A stretch of 64,000 nt of DNA from a virus. A program made the translations under genes and the position numbers. The notes beneath the pieces were generated by a model, which did no database searches, was not told the DNA's origin, and saw nothing but the letters and a program-made list of their open reading frames with translations. Position 1 is the stretch's first letter. Each line of letters begins with the position of its first letter. The stretch is taken from IMG/VR virus record IMGVR_UViG_3300025592_000986; one strand, written 5' to 3'. Shown in pieces: positions 11,062-20,596 of the stretch.

Positions 11062-12741
11062 TCAAAAAAAGTTTATTCCATATATGACATCCTTCATTTC
11101 TTGAAGGGATCTGTTCATTCTTCGTCGTCCTCCGCCAAGCTTAGATTGGATAGTTTTTCCGCTAGCGAAGTAGTTCCTGGTGTATCCGAATCCGTAAACT
11201 TTTAAAAACTCGTCTGCAAAGTTAGATTTTCGTCGCACCAAATCTTTTGTAAACTGGTAGTGCCACCACTCAGCTTGCTGTTTTGGATCACCGTAACCCT
11301 TCACTAGCCGACCACCTTCGCTCAATGCGCCGCCATAAAATTGAAGCGGATTTCTGGTTCCTGGGAAGCCTTTTAAGGATCCTATTCTGCTAAACCCGTA
11401 AAGTTCTAAATAGTGTGTCATGTCTACAAACGGACCTTCGACATACTCCAGGTAGTGACCCCCACGAGTATTACTTGGAATCCAAGCAAGTATACGTTTG
11501 TTTGGAACTGCAGGGGTGGAAGGTGCCCCAGGGTTCAAAAAGTCTGAAAAAGCTTGTCTTACTCCAGCCCTAGCGTAAAATCTAAATTTACCAGAATTGC
11601 CAGGTTCAGGGGACGCTATGTACAAAACCTGATTATCTTGATAATTTCCCTTGTGTTCTATCAATAGATTTGTATTAAAATCAATCGCTCTGCCCAAAGT
11701 GTGCAAACTAGTGCTGCCAGGCCTACCCCCGCCGCGCTGCACAAGTCCGCCTGACGTACAAATTGGGACGCCAAGTTCGCGTGGTACCTTCATTGCCTTT
11801 TGAAATTGAGCTTCAATATCAGCCCTTAATTTGTTCGTCTCTGGCTTTCGATTTGCTTTTGATGGTTTGAAGTAGTATCTGTTAGTTTTCGGATTGACTC
11901 CTCTTTTGACGTCAGCTATATATGCAGGTGGCAAAGGGATCCCCTCTGGGATCGGATCTGTTTTAAAACTTTTGGAGCCAGGGATTGGACCGATAGAAGC
12001 GAAGTCTTCCATATTGAACATTGTTGCAGGAGTGATTCGGGCGGAGCCACCGACAAAAGCACCCGACGGTGAGGGTACACTAGGTCCTCCTGGACCACCT
12101 GACCCTCCTCCACCAGAGGCTGGTCCTTGGGACGTTTCACCTACCAATCCTTTGAAGACACCGTATCTGTGTTCATCTCTGTCCAGAAACTCAACGCGAG
12201 CAGTTTTGCCGACGGCGGCAGTTAACACATCCCCGAAATCACTAGAAACAGGATTTAGTATGGAGTAAAATCTTGGATAGTTTATTATCTTTGCGTAGTC
12301 TATTTCATTTGGGGAGCCCCCAGATGATAGGGCGCTTGGAATTTCATTAGAGGTCGCAGTTCCGCCAGCGGGGATACAATAGAATACGTATACTAGTCCG
12401 TCGCCGGACTCGAACTCTTGTTTTTGTTCCTCTGTTAGCATTTCCTTTAGTTCGTTTATGGTCTCTATATCCGGGCAAGAGGCTGGGTCTTTCTTTTCTA
12501 CGTGTATTATTCTGGCAACACGTTCGCCGGTGACACCATCATCAATTCTTAAAGGGGTAGAGTTCCTAGACAAGTCTTGAAACAATAAAGAAAACATATC
12601 CACACCGTTAGCTAGGCCGGGTGCGGGATCTAGACCATATTTGGCGTCAAACGTGCTAAACCTTCTACCGGAAAGACCTGCATCTGGGTTGGCTATAAGC
12701 TTGAGTTCTTCAATCTCTTTTTCAGTGAGAGCCAAAATCAA
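11062..12741 (-). CDS. Putative baseplate hub / tail-associated peptidoglycan hydrolase with M15-family Zn peptidase domain
   Basis: SLHTLGRAIDF (SxHxxGxAxD) and EWWHYQF (ExWH) motifs after a Gly/Pro linker. Confidence 0.75.
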   Translation of the reverse strand: MILALTEKEIEELKLIANPDAGLSGRRFSTFDAKYGLDPAPGLANGVDMFSLLFQDLSRNSTPLRIDDGVTGERVARIIHVEKKDPASCPDIETINELKEMLTEEQKQEFESGDGLVYVFYCIPAGGTATSNEIPSALSSGGSPNEIDYAKIINYPRFYSILNPVSSDFGDVLTAAVGKTARVEFLDRDEHRYGVFKGLVGETSQGPASGGGGSGGPGGPSVPSPSGAFVGGSARITPATMFNMEDFASIGPIPGSKSFKTDPIPEGIPLPPAYIADVKRGVNPKTNRYYFKPSKANRKPETNKLRADIEAQFQKAMKVPRELGVPICTSGGLVQRGGGRPGSTSLHTLGRAIDFNTNLLIEHKGNYQDNQVLYIASPEPGNSGKFRFYARAGVRQAFSDFLNPGAPSTPAVPNKRILAWIPSNTRGGHYLEYVEGPFVDMTHYLELYGFSRIGSLKGFPGTRNPLQFYGGALSEGGRLVKGYGDPKQQAEWWHYQFTKDLVRRKSNFADEFLKVYGFGYTRNYFASGKTIQSKLGGGRRRMNRSLQEMKDVIYGINFF

Positions 12742-13037
12742 TCCTCCGCTTCGTCGTCGTCCAATTGTATTAGATCGAAGAGTTCATCCTTCTCCTTATC
12801 AGTAATACCTTCGTGTCTAGATACCTGCTTTTGTAAAATCGCTGTCAACTTAACAAGCTGCTCGTTGGACCTTTGCAGGGTTTCTACGTATTTGGCCGCT
12901 ATCATTCCCACCTTCTCGTGACGCTCTTCAGTGACCATCATATATTTCATAAGATTGGTTAAGAGCGTCTTGGTCGCTGCGCGATCATCTTTAATATTCT
13001 TAATAGAATTTGCTATAAAAGTTTCTAAGTCATTCAT
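12738..13037 (-). CDS. Hypothetical helical protein
   Basis: 99-aa ORF with ATGA overlap to the downstream gene; preceded by a late-type motif. Confidence 0.7.
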   Translation of the reverse strand: MNDLETFIANSIKNIKDDRAATKTLLTNLMKYMMVTEERHEKVGMIAAKYVETLQRSNEQLVKLTAILQKQVSRHEGITDKEKDELFDLIQLDDDEAED

Positions 13038-13064
13038 CGTACTAATAATTAGACAAGATAGAAA

Positions 13065-13766
13065 TTATATCCTATCATAGTCCCCTCGATCCCATCTCGT
13101 CTTAAAGATTCTATACTTGTCCCTAAGTTTATTGAGATTGTTAACGACTTGTTTGGTGTTCAACCCTGTTAATTCTCTAAGATAAAGATATACAGCTTTC
13201 TTGTTGAATATCTCAATCTGTTCAGCACTATTCAGCAAGATCTTTATAGCCTCTACTACTTTTTTCTCGTTCTCTTTTAAATTAACAGAATCCCACCTGT
13301 CGATCTCTGTCATGAGTGAGTGCCAGAACTCCTGCTGCTCTCTTCTCTCGATATAATAGTTACGGTCTTCAATTAGAGTTTCGTGATTCGCCTCTTGTAT
13401 CACCTCATCATAGCTTATTTCTTTTTTATTTCTGCTTGAGTTCTTCTTTATCTTGTGAATAAACCAATGCTTTGTTATAACAGAAAAGTAAGAAAACGCC
13501 TTGGAGCCTTTGTCTGGATTATATTTGTCTAGAACAGTAGTTAGCCAAACCTTGCACTCTTCCTTCAACGGATCTATGTTTGGCAGGTTAGTAAATTTAT
13601 AAGTGTAGATGATCTTCTCAACCATTTCACTGAACGCAGGTTGGATGAACTCGATATAGAGTTGCGACCTCGTAGAAAGATCATTTGCCTCATTGTATTG
13701 GATTATGGCATTTTCGTGATCCTTGGTGAAATAATGGTTTTTAGTTTTAGCTTTCCTCTTCTTCAA
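13065..13766 (-). CDS. Phage sigma-factor-like protein (candidate late sigma, gp55-like)
   Basis: LDKYNPDKGSKAFSYFSVIT resembles sigma region 2.3; 233 aa; adjacent to the structural operon. Confidence 0.65.
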   Translation of the reverse strand: MKKRKAKTKNHYFTKDHENAIIQYNEANDLSTRSQLYIEFIQPAFSEMVEKIIYTYKFTNLPNIDPLKEECKVWLTTVLDKYNPDKGSKAFSYFSVITKHWFIHKIKKNSSRNKKEISYDEVIQEANHETLIEDRNYYIERREQQEFWHSLMTEIDRWDSVNLKENEKKVVEAIKILLNSAEQIEIFNKKAVYLYLRELTGLNTKQVVNNLNKLRDKYRIFKTRWDRGDYDRI

Positions 13767-14055
13767 GTTCCTCTTCCTCCGTTAAGGACTCTAAAGAAAA
13801 TATGCTTTCAAATTCTTGCAAGTCGACTATTATGTCTTTTGTTTGTTCCATTAGAGTCTGAAGTGACTGGTCTCCATAATACATCTCTGATTCGTGCATA
13901 GCCTGCACCGACGCTAGGAAAGATTCAAAAGTCTCCTTCAACATATCGGTGTTAGTGCTCGCGATCATTAACCTCTTGGCCACTTTTGCTGCGTAGTATA
14001 TCAAAATAATATTAAGAGTTATTGAAACTGCTAAGAACAGATACTCCATAGTCAC
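13747..14055 (-). CDS. Hypothetical membrane-anchored protein
   Basis: N-terminal hydrophobic helix, coiled coil, acidic tail. Confidence 0.65.
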   Translation of the reverse strand: MTMEYLFLAVSITLNIILIYYAAKVAKRLMIASTNTDMLKETFESFLASVQAMHESEMYYGDQSLQTLMEQTKDIIVDLQEFESIFSLESLTEEEELEEEES

Positions 14056-14306
14056 ATCTCCTTCTTCTTGATAGTTTTCTTTTCCTGTCGAATTTCTCTT
14101 TTGGCGTCTTTAATAAAGTTCTCCACCACATCTCCGACCTTGGCCGTCACAACAGGTACGGTAAGTTTACTAACCAACATAGATGGAATCTTTTCGATTG
14201 TATCGACTTGCTCACACAAAGAACAGACTTCTAGTGCCTCACTCATTAAGTGAAAAGCTTCAAAAACACCCTCACAGCATTGACACTTATAGGTATAAAT
14301 GGGCAC
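14052..14306 (-). CDS. FmdB-family zinc-ribbon protein
   Basis: MPIYTYKCQCC...CSLC pattern. Confidence 0.85.
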   Translation of the reverse strand: MPIYTYKCQCCEGVFEAFHLMSEALEVCSLCEQVDTIEKIPSMLVSKLTVPVVTAKVGDVVENFIKDAKREIRQEKKTIKKKEM

Positions 14307-14509
14307 TAATCACTACCCGAGGTTGCTTTGGTTTCCGAAAGGTACTCTTCGGGTACTTCAAAGGTTGGTGGGTTGACAACTTGAAGCTCTTCGTCGTCAG
14401 AGACCGAAAAGTCGAATGACTTTAAAATTGGAACGATGTCCGTCTCTGATAAGATGCTTTTTTGCAAGGCCATCATGACTGCACCTAGCGCTTGGTTTGA
14501 AAGTTTCAT
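14306..14509 (-). CDS. Hypothetical small protein
   Basis: 67 aa, TAATG-coupled on both sides. Confidence 0.7.
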   Translation of the reverse strand: MKLSNQALGAVMMALQKSILSETDIVPILKSFDFSVSDDEELQVVNPPTFEVPEEYLSETKATSGSD

Positions 14510-15051
14510 TAGTCTTCTCCTATGTTTTTCAGAATGAAATTGACTAAATTGTCAACGGATTCATCTACTGTCTGGTTCATTGTGTTGATCACGAGGTCTG
14601 GGCTCCTTGGTTCTTCGAAAGGGTCCGATATTCCCGTAAAATTGTTTATTCTGTTTGGGTCGCCGATGGGAAGAAGTGCCTTGGCGTACAGTCCTTTCGG
14701 GTCTCTTTCGATCAGCTTCTCGATATCGCATTCGACATACACCGTTCTCGCGAGGCTGTTCTGCTGGGTAACCTCTTTGCGAACATTGTCATATGGATTG
14801 ATCGCAGACATGATGCAGATTACATTGTTTCTGGATAACACTTTTCCTACAAAAGATAGTCTTCTAATGTTTGTGTTCCTGTCCTCTTTTGAGAAACCTA
14901 GGTCCTTGCACAAACCTTCTCTATATTCGTCGCCATCAATAATTTCTACATTATGGCCCATCTCTTTTAACCTACTAACCGCCTTGAATCCCATTGTAGA
15001 TTTCCCAGCGCCGGACATACCCGTCATTTGAACAAAAATACCACTCATCAC
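14509..15051 (-). CDS. cysC: Adenylyl-sulfate (APS) kinase
   Basis: TGMSGAGKST P-loop, DGDEYR...LGFSKEDR, RDPKGLY, FTGISDPFEEP. Confidence 0.95.
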   Translation of the reverse strand: MMSGIFVQMTGMSGAGKSTMGFKAVSRLKEMGHNVEIIDGDEYREGLCKDLGFSKEDRNTNIRRLSFVGKVLSRNNVICIMSAINPYDNVRKEVTQQNSLARTVYVECDIEKLIERDPKGLYAKALLPIGDPNRINNFTGISDPFEEPRSPDLVINTMNQTVDESVDNLVNFILKNIGED

Positions 15052-15449
15052 ATATCCCCTAAATACTTAACAACCAAATTATGAATTGAAGAATCTACAT
15101 TGTCTTTCCAAGAATCGTTACCAATTCTAACGCCTTCTCGTATGCTTGTTGCAGATATAAAACCAATGTTCTGCGGAGGGACGTGCTCGTTAAGTTGGTA
15201 CCCAACGCCGCGTCCCCAATTGACACTTTCAATGTCTGGGATGGTAACAACTTCAACATCGTTATCTTTGTAGACTTTTTTGATCATCTCTACTGTCTGC
15301 TGGGTTGTAAACGGGTTTTTTTCATCTGGTGGTATATCTCTCACTGCGATGAGGATCGGTTTGTTTTGAGATAACTTTTCATTAATCAGCCACTTGTGTC
15401 CGTTGTGAAATGGTTGCCATCTGCCTATAAACATTGCTCTTTTATCCAT
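15048..15449 (-). CDS. HIGH-family nucleotidyltransferase (candidate minimal sulfate adenylyltransferase)
   Basis: GRWQPFHNGH and ISATSIR motifs; overlaps the start of cysC. Confidence 0.75.
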   Translation of the reverse strand: MDKRAMFIGRWQPFHNGHKWLINEKLSQNKPILIAVRDIPPDEKNPFTTQQTVEMIKKVYKDNDVEVVTIPDIESVNWGRGVGYQLNEHVPPQNIGFISATSIREGVRIGNDSWKDNVDSSIHNLVVKYLGDM

Positions 15450-16302
15450 CTGAAACTGCCCTTCCTTTTAATTTTTCCCAGTCTTTCTCTGGTCTTACAT
15501 TTAAATTTGTTTTCCAAGCCCCCTTGAGGACGTTCATATTTATTCCGATTGAGTCTGCGTAAGTCATAAATGCATTAATATCTTTTGGAAAGCAGGAACC
15601 GCCAAACCCTCTACGCCCGTCGGGCCCAGGTACTTGTAAATGGGAGTCCCCAACGCGGCCGTCAGATACAAAACCTTCAACTGCCTTGTCCCAGTCGACA
15701 TCTAACAGTTTATCAGCTACTAACTTCATCTCGTTCATAAAAGAAACCTTGACAGCAAAAAAGAGATTGTTGAAATACTTTATCATCTCGGCTGTCTCGT
15801 ACGTTGTTTCAATAAAATAATTTGAACTAAACCTAGTTTCATAAAGCTCTTTCACTTTTGCAGAGCCTTGTCCGGCGGTTGAACCAAGAATAATTCTGCT
15901 CTGGTTGAGAAAGTCGAACCTAGCGTGGCGTTCAGTCAAAAACTCTGGGTTGAAAACAACATTGATGTCTGGGTATTTTTCTGTCAGCCTGCGGGTTGTA
16001 CCCGGTGTAACTGTGGACTTGAGCACAAATACTGTTTGGCTCTCTGGGTGCTTCAGTCTTTTTATATCGTCGAATACACTCTCAACAATAGACAAGTCTA
16101 TCAAGCCATCACTTGTCATCGGAGTTGGGACGCAGACGAACACCACATCAGAATCATTAACCACCCCTGCAAGGCCTTGCGTAAAGCCGTCACCTGAGCA
16201 CTTGTCTGGATCTTTGTCGTAGACTTTGACCTCCATAAACGGAATAAATGCGTGTGCGATCGCATTCCCAACAAAGCCGTTCCCAATAATACCTAACTTC
16301 AT
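15442..16302 (-). CDS. ugd: UDP-glucose/GDP-mannose 6-dehydrogenase family (short form)
   Basis: GNGFVG Rossmann, CVPTP, KSTVTPGT, NPEFL, GFGGSCFPKD catalytic Cys. Confidence 0.9.
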   Translation of the reverse strand: MKLGIIGNGFVGNAIAHAFIPFMEVKVYDKDPDKCSGDGFTQGLAGVVNDSDVVFVCVPTPMTSDGLIDLSIVESVFDDIKRLKHPESQTVFVLKSTVTPGTTRRLTEKYPDINVVFNPEFLTERHARFDFLNQSRIILGSTAGQGSAKVKELYETRFSSNYFIETTYETAEMIKYFNNLFFAVKVSFMNEMKLVADKLLDVDWDKAVEGFVSDGRVGDSHLQVPGPDGRRGFGGSCFPKDINAFMTYADSIGINMNVLKGAWKTNLNVRPEKDWEKLKGRAVSDG

Positions 16303-16329
16303 ACCTCTAACCCTTCTTTGACATTTAAA

Positions 16330-17202
16330 CTATTTTGTCAAATCTTCTTTTAATCTCTCAAAAACATTTTTAAGTCCACTCTTGAGTGAGACCTTCGGGA
16401 CCCACCCTAGAGCTTTAAACTTCCCTAGATCTGCCTCGGTATACATAACATCGCCTTCTCTTGGTTCGACAAAATTAAATTTAACCTCTGGAAAATATTC
16501 CTTAACAACGTCTGCCAGTTCTAGTAAACTTATGTTGTCACCAGAACCAATATCATACCACGTACCCCACAGTTTTTTATCACTTATATTCTCGGCACAA
16601 AAGATGTTTGCAGAAACGATGTCATCAACGTGTGTCATGTCCCTCCTCTGCTTTCCGTCACCAGTGATGAATGGGATTTTACCTTCAGTTATAAACTTTT
16701 TCCAATTACAGACCACAGTAGCATACTCACTATTGGCCTCTTGGTCGTAAGAATAAACATTGAAATACCTAAGAGCGACAGTCTTTAAACCATAAAGCTT
16801 GTTGTAGAGCAGGGTTTCCATCTCACCAACATATTTAGAAAGGGCATATGGGCTTGCAGGGCCATCACCATTCCCTATAACGGACGATGAACTACTGTAT
16901 ATTACTGGTATGTCTTTCTTTTTTGCCCAATCCAATATAACAGTTGTAGAGTTTACATTGTTTTCCATAACTAGACGGGGAAACTCTACACTAAAAGCCA
17001 CCCTAGGTATTGCGGCGAAATGCACTACGACATCTATCGCGTTTGCCTCGTGCCCAACGTGGATACCCTTTATACCGCTACAAATGTCAAATGCGTGATT
17101 ATTCTTGTAATCGTATCCGACCCAGGTGTGACCAAGCTCTTCCCACTTTTTAACAAAGTTTCCACCAATATAGCCGAGGTGTCCCGTGACTAGTGCTCTC
17201 AT
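16330..17202 (-). CDS. NAD-dependent epimerase/dehydratase (extended SDR)
   Basis: TGHLGYIG, SSSS, YALSK, LRYFNVY, GDGKQRRD. Confidence 0.9.
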   Translation of the reverse strand: MRALVTGHLGYIGGNFVKKWEELGHTWVGYDYKNNHAFDICSGIKGIHVGHEANAIDVVVHFAAIPRVAFSVEFPRLVMENNVNSTTVILDWAKKKDIPVIYSSSSSVIGNGDGPASPYALSKYVGEMETLLYNKLYGLKTVALRYFNVYSYDQEANSEYATVVCNWKKFITEGKIPFITGDGKQRRDMTHVDDIVSANIFCAENISDKKLWGTWYDIGSGDNISLLELADVVKEYFPEVKFNFVEPREGDVMYTEADLGKFKALGWVPKVSLKSGLKNVFERLKEDLTK

Positions 17203-17885
17203 AGATATCCCAATTCCTTTAGATATTTTTCAAAAACTGGTAATTCTTCAGGTGTACAGATAGATTTGTAGGCTTCCGAATCTTTGCCAATAGCTTTGTC
17301 GCTGACTTTTCTTTTGCCGTACTTCTTTTCGTTACCCAAACCCGCCCGAGCCAGAACCGAAACATTCCAGTCAAAAACCCAATCCTCTACATAATCAGGA
17401 TATTCCGAAAAGGAGCTTTTAGATTTCAATCCAAACTTGGCCTCTATTTTTTTCTGCACCTGGTTAGGTGTTCTAACCAGGTCTTCGTAGGAAATTTCCA
17501 AATCTACAAGGTTGCCAAACAAAACTTTATCCCTTTGCTCGATGCAGCTAATCCACCTTTCCGGCTTTACATAGTTACCATCTGACAAGATAACATCTCG
17601 ACCGTCGCGAACAACGTTGATTATGCTGATATTGTCTTTAAGAACCTTGGCTGCTTGATATTGAGCGGATTTGTGGTAAGTCGTACTGAGAAATGCTGGT
17701 GGGTGTCTCTTTCCTATAACGAAGTCTTGGTTGCTTTTGTATTCTAGAAACTCTTCAAAGCTTAGCTCGTGGCCATCAAAACCTTCTTTGTAAACGACCT
17801 CAGTGTCCCTGAAGGCGTAACACATCCTTAATAACAGTGTGGTGCCCGACTTTGCGCAACCTGTGATAAAAATCTTTTTACTCAT
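17199..17885 (-). CDS. Sulfotransferase-family protein
   Basis: ITGCAKSGTTLL PAPS-binding loop, VRDGRD and YEDLV motifs; start taken at MSKK. Confidence 0.8.
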   Translation of the reverse strand: MSKKIFITGCAKSGTTLLLRMCYAFRDTEVVYKEGFDGHELSFEEFLEYKSNQDFVIGKRHPPAFLSTTYHKSAQYQAAKVLKDNISIINVVRDGRDVILSDGNYVKPERWISCIEQRDKVLFGNLVDLEISYEDLVRTPNQVQKKIEAKFGLKSKSSFSEYPDYVEDWVFDWNVSVLARAGLGNEKKYGKRKVSDKAIGKDSEAYKSICTPEELPVFEKYLKELGYL

Positions 17886-18502
17886 TATATCTCCCAAGTC
17901 TTGTACTCTGGTTCTTTTGTTTTGTTTGAGTCGTGCATTCTATACCTATAAAATGGAATCCTCAAGTGGTGGATTTTGTATTCTTCTCCCAGTCTTTTCC
18001 TCAGTTCCTCTTCTTCTCTATGTCTCATTTTACCATTGTAGCCGCCAGAGGACAAAAAAAGATCAGTTCTGTACATTATACCACAAGAGATGTTGTTTTT
18101 TTCTGCATATTTCCTGTCGATCGTATCTTCAAAATTGTTGACTATCAGGTAGTCGGAAGAGACGCAAAAAGCGTCATGATTAGCCTCAAGATATTTAGAC
18201 ATTATAAAAGACATATCTTTATTTATGTAATCATCCGCATCTACACGAAAGAAGAATTGGCCACGAGCCTTTGAAATTCCTAAATTTGCTGCTGTGGCAA
18301 CTCCAGAATTCGTGTTTGTCTTGAATGTCTTTATCTGATCTCCGAAGGGTTCTATCTTTGAGAGACTGTCATCAGTACTGCAATCATCAACCAATATAAC
18401 CTCAGTGCCGGTGCCGTGTTGATCTAGACAACTCCTTAGACATCTTGGTAAATATTTTCCATAATTGTAATTTGTAACGATGATCGAAACCTTTGGACTC
18501 AT
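17885..18502 (-). CDS. Glycosyltransferase family 2
   Basis: VSIIVTNYNY, VDDCSTD, DADD. Confidence 0.9.
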   Translation of the reverse strand: MSPKVSIIVTNYNYGKYLPRCLRSCLDQHGTGTEVILVDDCSTDDSLSKIEPFGDQIKTFKTNTNSGVATAANLGISKARGQFFFRVDADDYINKDMSFIMSKYLEANHDAFCVSSDYLIVNNFEDTIDRKYAEKNNISCGIMYRTDLFLSSGGYNGKMRHREEEELRKRLGEEYKIHHLRIPFYRYRMHDSNKTKEPEYKTWEI

Positions 18503-19206
18503 ACCGCCTCCATAATATCAAATTGTCTGATCAAATCTTTAAATTGTTTTAGAGACTCGTAGTCGAAAGACCCAAGGTGACCTTTTTCTCTATTTGACTG
18601 TGAAAAAATACTGCTTGTGTAGTGCTTCTCTAATATCTTTGCGCCGTTCAAGTAGGCCTTGAGTGCAGGCACTATTCCGATCGCGTGGTCACTGTAGCCG
18701 TGGTATCCACTCTCAGAAAACCTGCTTGGCATAATCTTCAACAGAGGGTCATCTAAATAAGTAGGATATTTAGAAACGCAGAACAAGTACCTTATGTTCT
18801 CCGAAAACCCAAATGGAAATTCGTTAAGGGCGCAGGCACCTGTAGAAATAATCGTTGGTATGTCTAAACCAAGTATGGATTCACACAGAGACCTGTCTTC
18901 TCTGACTGTTCTGCTAGCTATCTTCATCCTTTTGATTCCGGCATCGAGTATCCACTTCAGTCTTTCTGAATCGAAAGGGGTCGCCATCAGTTCAATTGAG
19001 TGTTGGTCACAGAACTCTGTAAGTTCAAAAAACTGTGTTTTAGTCACATCTCGATATTTCTTGTCTTTTGTTCCGAAGTGTTTTTCGGAGTCTATCAATT
19101 GCACTTTCACGACGTCAGCACCCGAAATAGAAGCATTCAATGCCATTCGTTTTAGTTCAGACAAAGAACCATGGTGCTGATTGCATAAATCGACTATTAT
19201 TTCCAA
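18499..19206 (-). CDS. neuB: N-acetylneuraminate (nonulosonate) synthase, NeuB family, without SAF domain
   Basis: NQHHG, GADVVKVQ, TPFD, KIAS, SKYP, GYSDH, EKHYT. Confidence 0.85.
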   Translation of the reverse strand: MEIIVDLCNQHHGSLSELKRMALNASISGADVVKVQLIDSEKHFGTKDKKYRDVTKTQFFELTEFCDQHSIELMATPFDSERLKWILDAGIKRMKIASRTVREDRSLCESILGLDIPTIISTGACALNEFPFGFSENIRYLFCVSKYPTYLDDPLLKIMPSRFSESGYHGYSDHAIGIVPALKAYLNGAKILEKHYTSSIFSQSNREKGHLGSFDYESLKQFKDLIRQFDIMEAV

Positions 19207-19312
19207 TTAAGTACTCCTTGTTATTAGTAATATTATACAGACCATCTTTTGATAACTCAGACTCAACTTGACAAGAGCCGCATTATAAAACAGTTTTACT
19301 GGAATGTTCATA

Positions 19313-19978
19313 CTACCACCAATACAAGCTTATGTTTTCGTTTTTATAACTTTCTAACACGTTAGCTTTTAGTTGGCGAAAAACGTTACTAGGCATTTTT
19401 CTCGAATGATCCTCGAAATATATTGATTTAACGTTCTTATACGCGCCAGATTCATATAATCTTTGTAATATCTCATATTCCGCGCCCTCTACGTCCATTT
19501 TCAACACGTCTATGGGCTTGTCGATGGTGGCAATAAGCTCGGAAACATCCAGGCAGGTCACTTCCACGTTTAAACTCAAATCTGTTATATTGGTTTTTTC
19601 AGACATGAGTGTAGCTCCGCCGTTAAGCGCTGAAGCTGCCCTCTTGAAATAGAAAGTCTTTTTCTCGTTAGTTTTCCATATCGCAGAATTAGACAATACA
19701 ATATTGTCGTTATCTGCATAATTCTTCTCAAGCATAGAAAAGAACAGTGGGTGGGGTTCAAAAGCATACACCTTGCAGCCAACGGGCGACAAAACCCTCT
19801 CTACTTCGCCGTAGTTGGCCCCAATATCAAGAACGATCGAATCTGAGTTTAGGGACTCTATTTCTATCAACTCTTTAGTCTGCATTGCAGTCTTTTCTCG
19901 ATCCGAATATTTGTCTGATAAAACTTCTTCAGAAAATCTAAACTTTAAAAAATTAATCCCATCTAGGCCGTGCTTCAT
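19313..19978 (-). CDS. FkbM-family methyltransferase
   Basis: LDIGANYG, AFEP, LKMDVEGAE. Confidence 0.9.
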   Translation of the reverse strand: MKHGLDGINFLKFRFSEEVLSDKYSDREKTAMQTKELIEIESLNSDSIVLDIGANYGEVERVLSPVGCKVYAFEPHPLFFSMLEKNYADNDNIVLSNSAIWKTNEKKTFYFKRAASALNGGATLMSEKTNITDLSLNVEVTCLDVSELIATIDKPIDVLKMDVEGAEYEILQRLYESGAYKNVKSIYFEDHSRKMPSNVFRQLKANVLESYKNENISLYWW

Positions 19979-20523
19979 CTCTGGGTTCTCCCTTCTATTA
20001 GTTTTATGTCGTCGATGGTGTGTATATCGTGCACATCACAAACAAAGACACCGGTCTTTGTACTCAACTCTTTCTGGTTTACATACCAGGGCCTCATAAT
20101 CCTAAAAGCAGCGTTCATCATAAGATTCTTGTCAACGCTTATCAGCTCATTTCTGTCATATTTAAAGAACGTGTCTATTGCCTCGTCTAAAATGTCTCCG
20201 GTTATCTCTGGTGAGTTTGCTTGCAGCGAAACAACAGCGCTGCCGCTAAACTCTATAGAGTTGAAACAATTTCTAATCGCAACCATTTTGTACGTGTTGT
20301 CGTCTGAAAACTTTGGATTTCTTTTGAACAGGTTCGCTCCAGATTCTACAGCAACCTCTGCTATCTCATCATCTTCTGTCGTGACCCAGACGGCATCTAC
20401 CTTCTTGCTGTCCAGTGCGGCTTTTATAGACCAGTGCAGGAGGGGCTTACCCCAAATAGGGTAAATGTTCTTTTTACGTAGCCTTTTGGAGCCGCCTCGG
20501 GCGGGTATAATAGCTATTATCAT
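19975..20523 (-). CDS. neuA: Acylneuraminate cytidylyltransferase (CMP-nonulosonate synthetase)
   Basis: IIPARGGSKRLRKKN, LQANSP, DIHT. Confidence 0.85.
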   Translation of the reverse strand: MIIAIIPARGGSKRLRKKNIYPIWGKPLLHWSIKAALDSKKVDAVWVTTEDDEIAEVAVESGANLFKRNPKFSDDNTYKMVAIRNCFNSIEFSGSAVVSLQANSPEITGDILDEAIDTFFKYDRNELISVDKNLMMNAAFRIMRPWYVNQKELSTKTGVFVCDVHDIHTIDDIKLIEGRTQR

Positions 20524-20529
20524 TTATAA

Positions 20530-20558
20530 ATACTACCCTAAATTCATCTTAATGTCAA
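20530..20558 (-). promoter_or_regulatory. Sigma70-type promoter upstream of neuA
   Basis: Minus strand TTGACA-N17-TAGTAT, 6 nt before the ATG. Confidence 0.65.
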
Positions 20559-20596
20559 GTAAAAAATCACCCGAACAGGTTACTAGTGATACTAGA

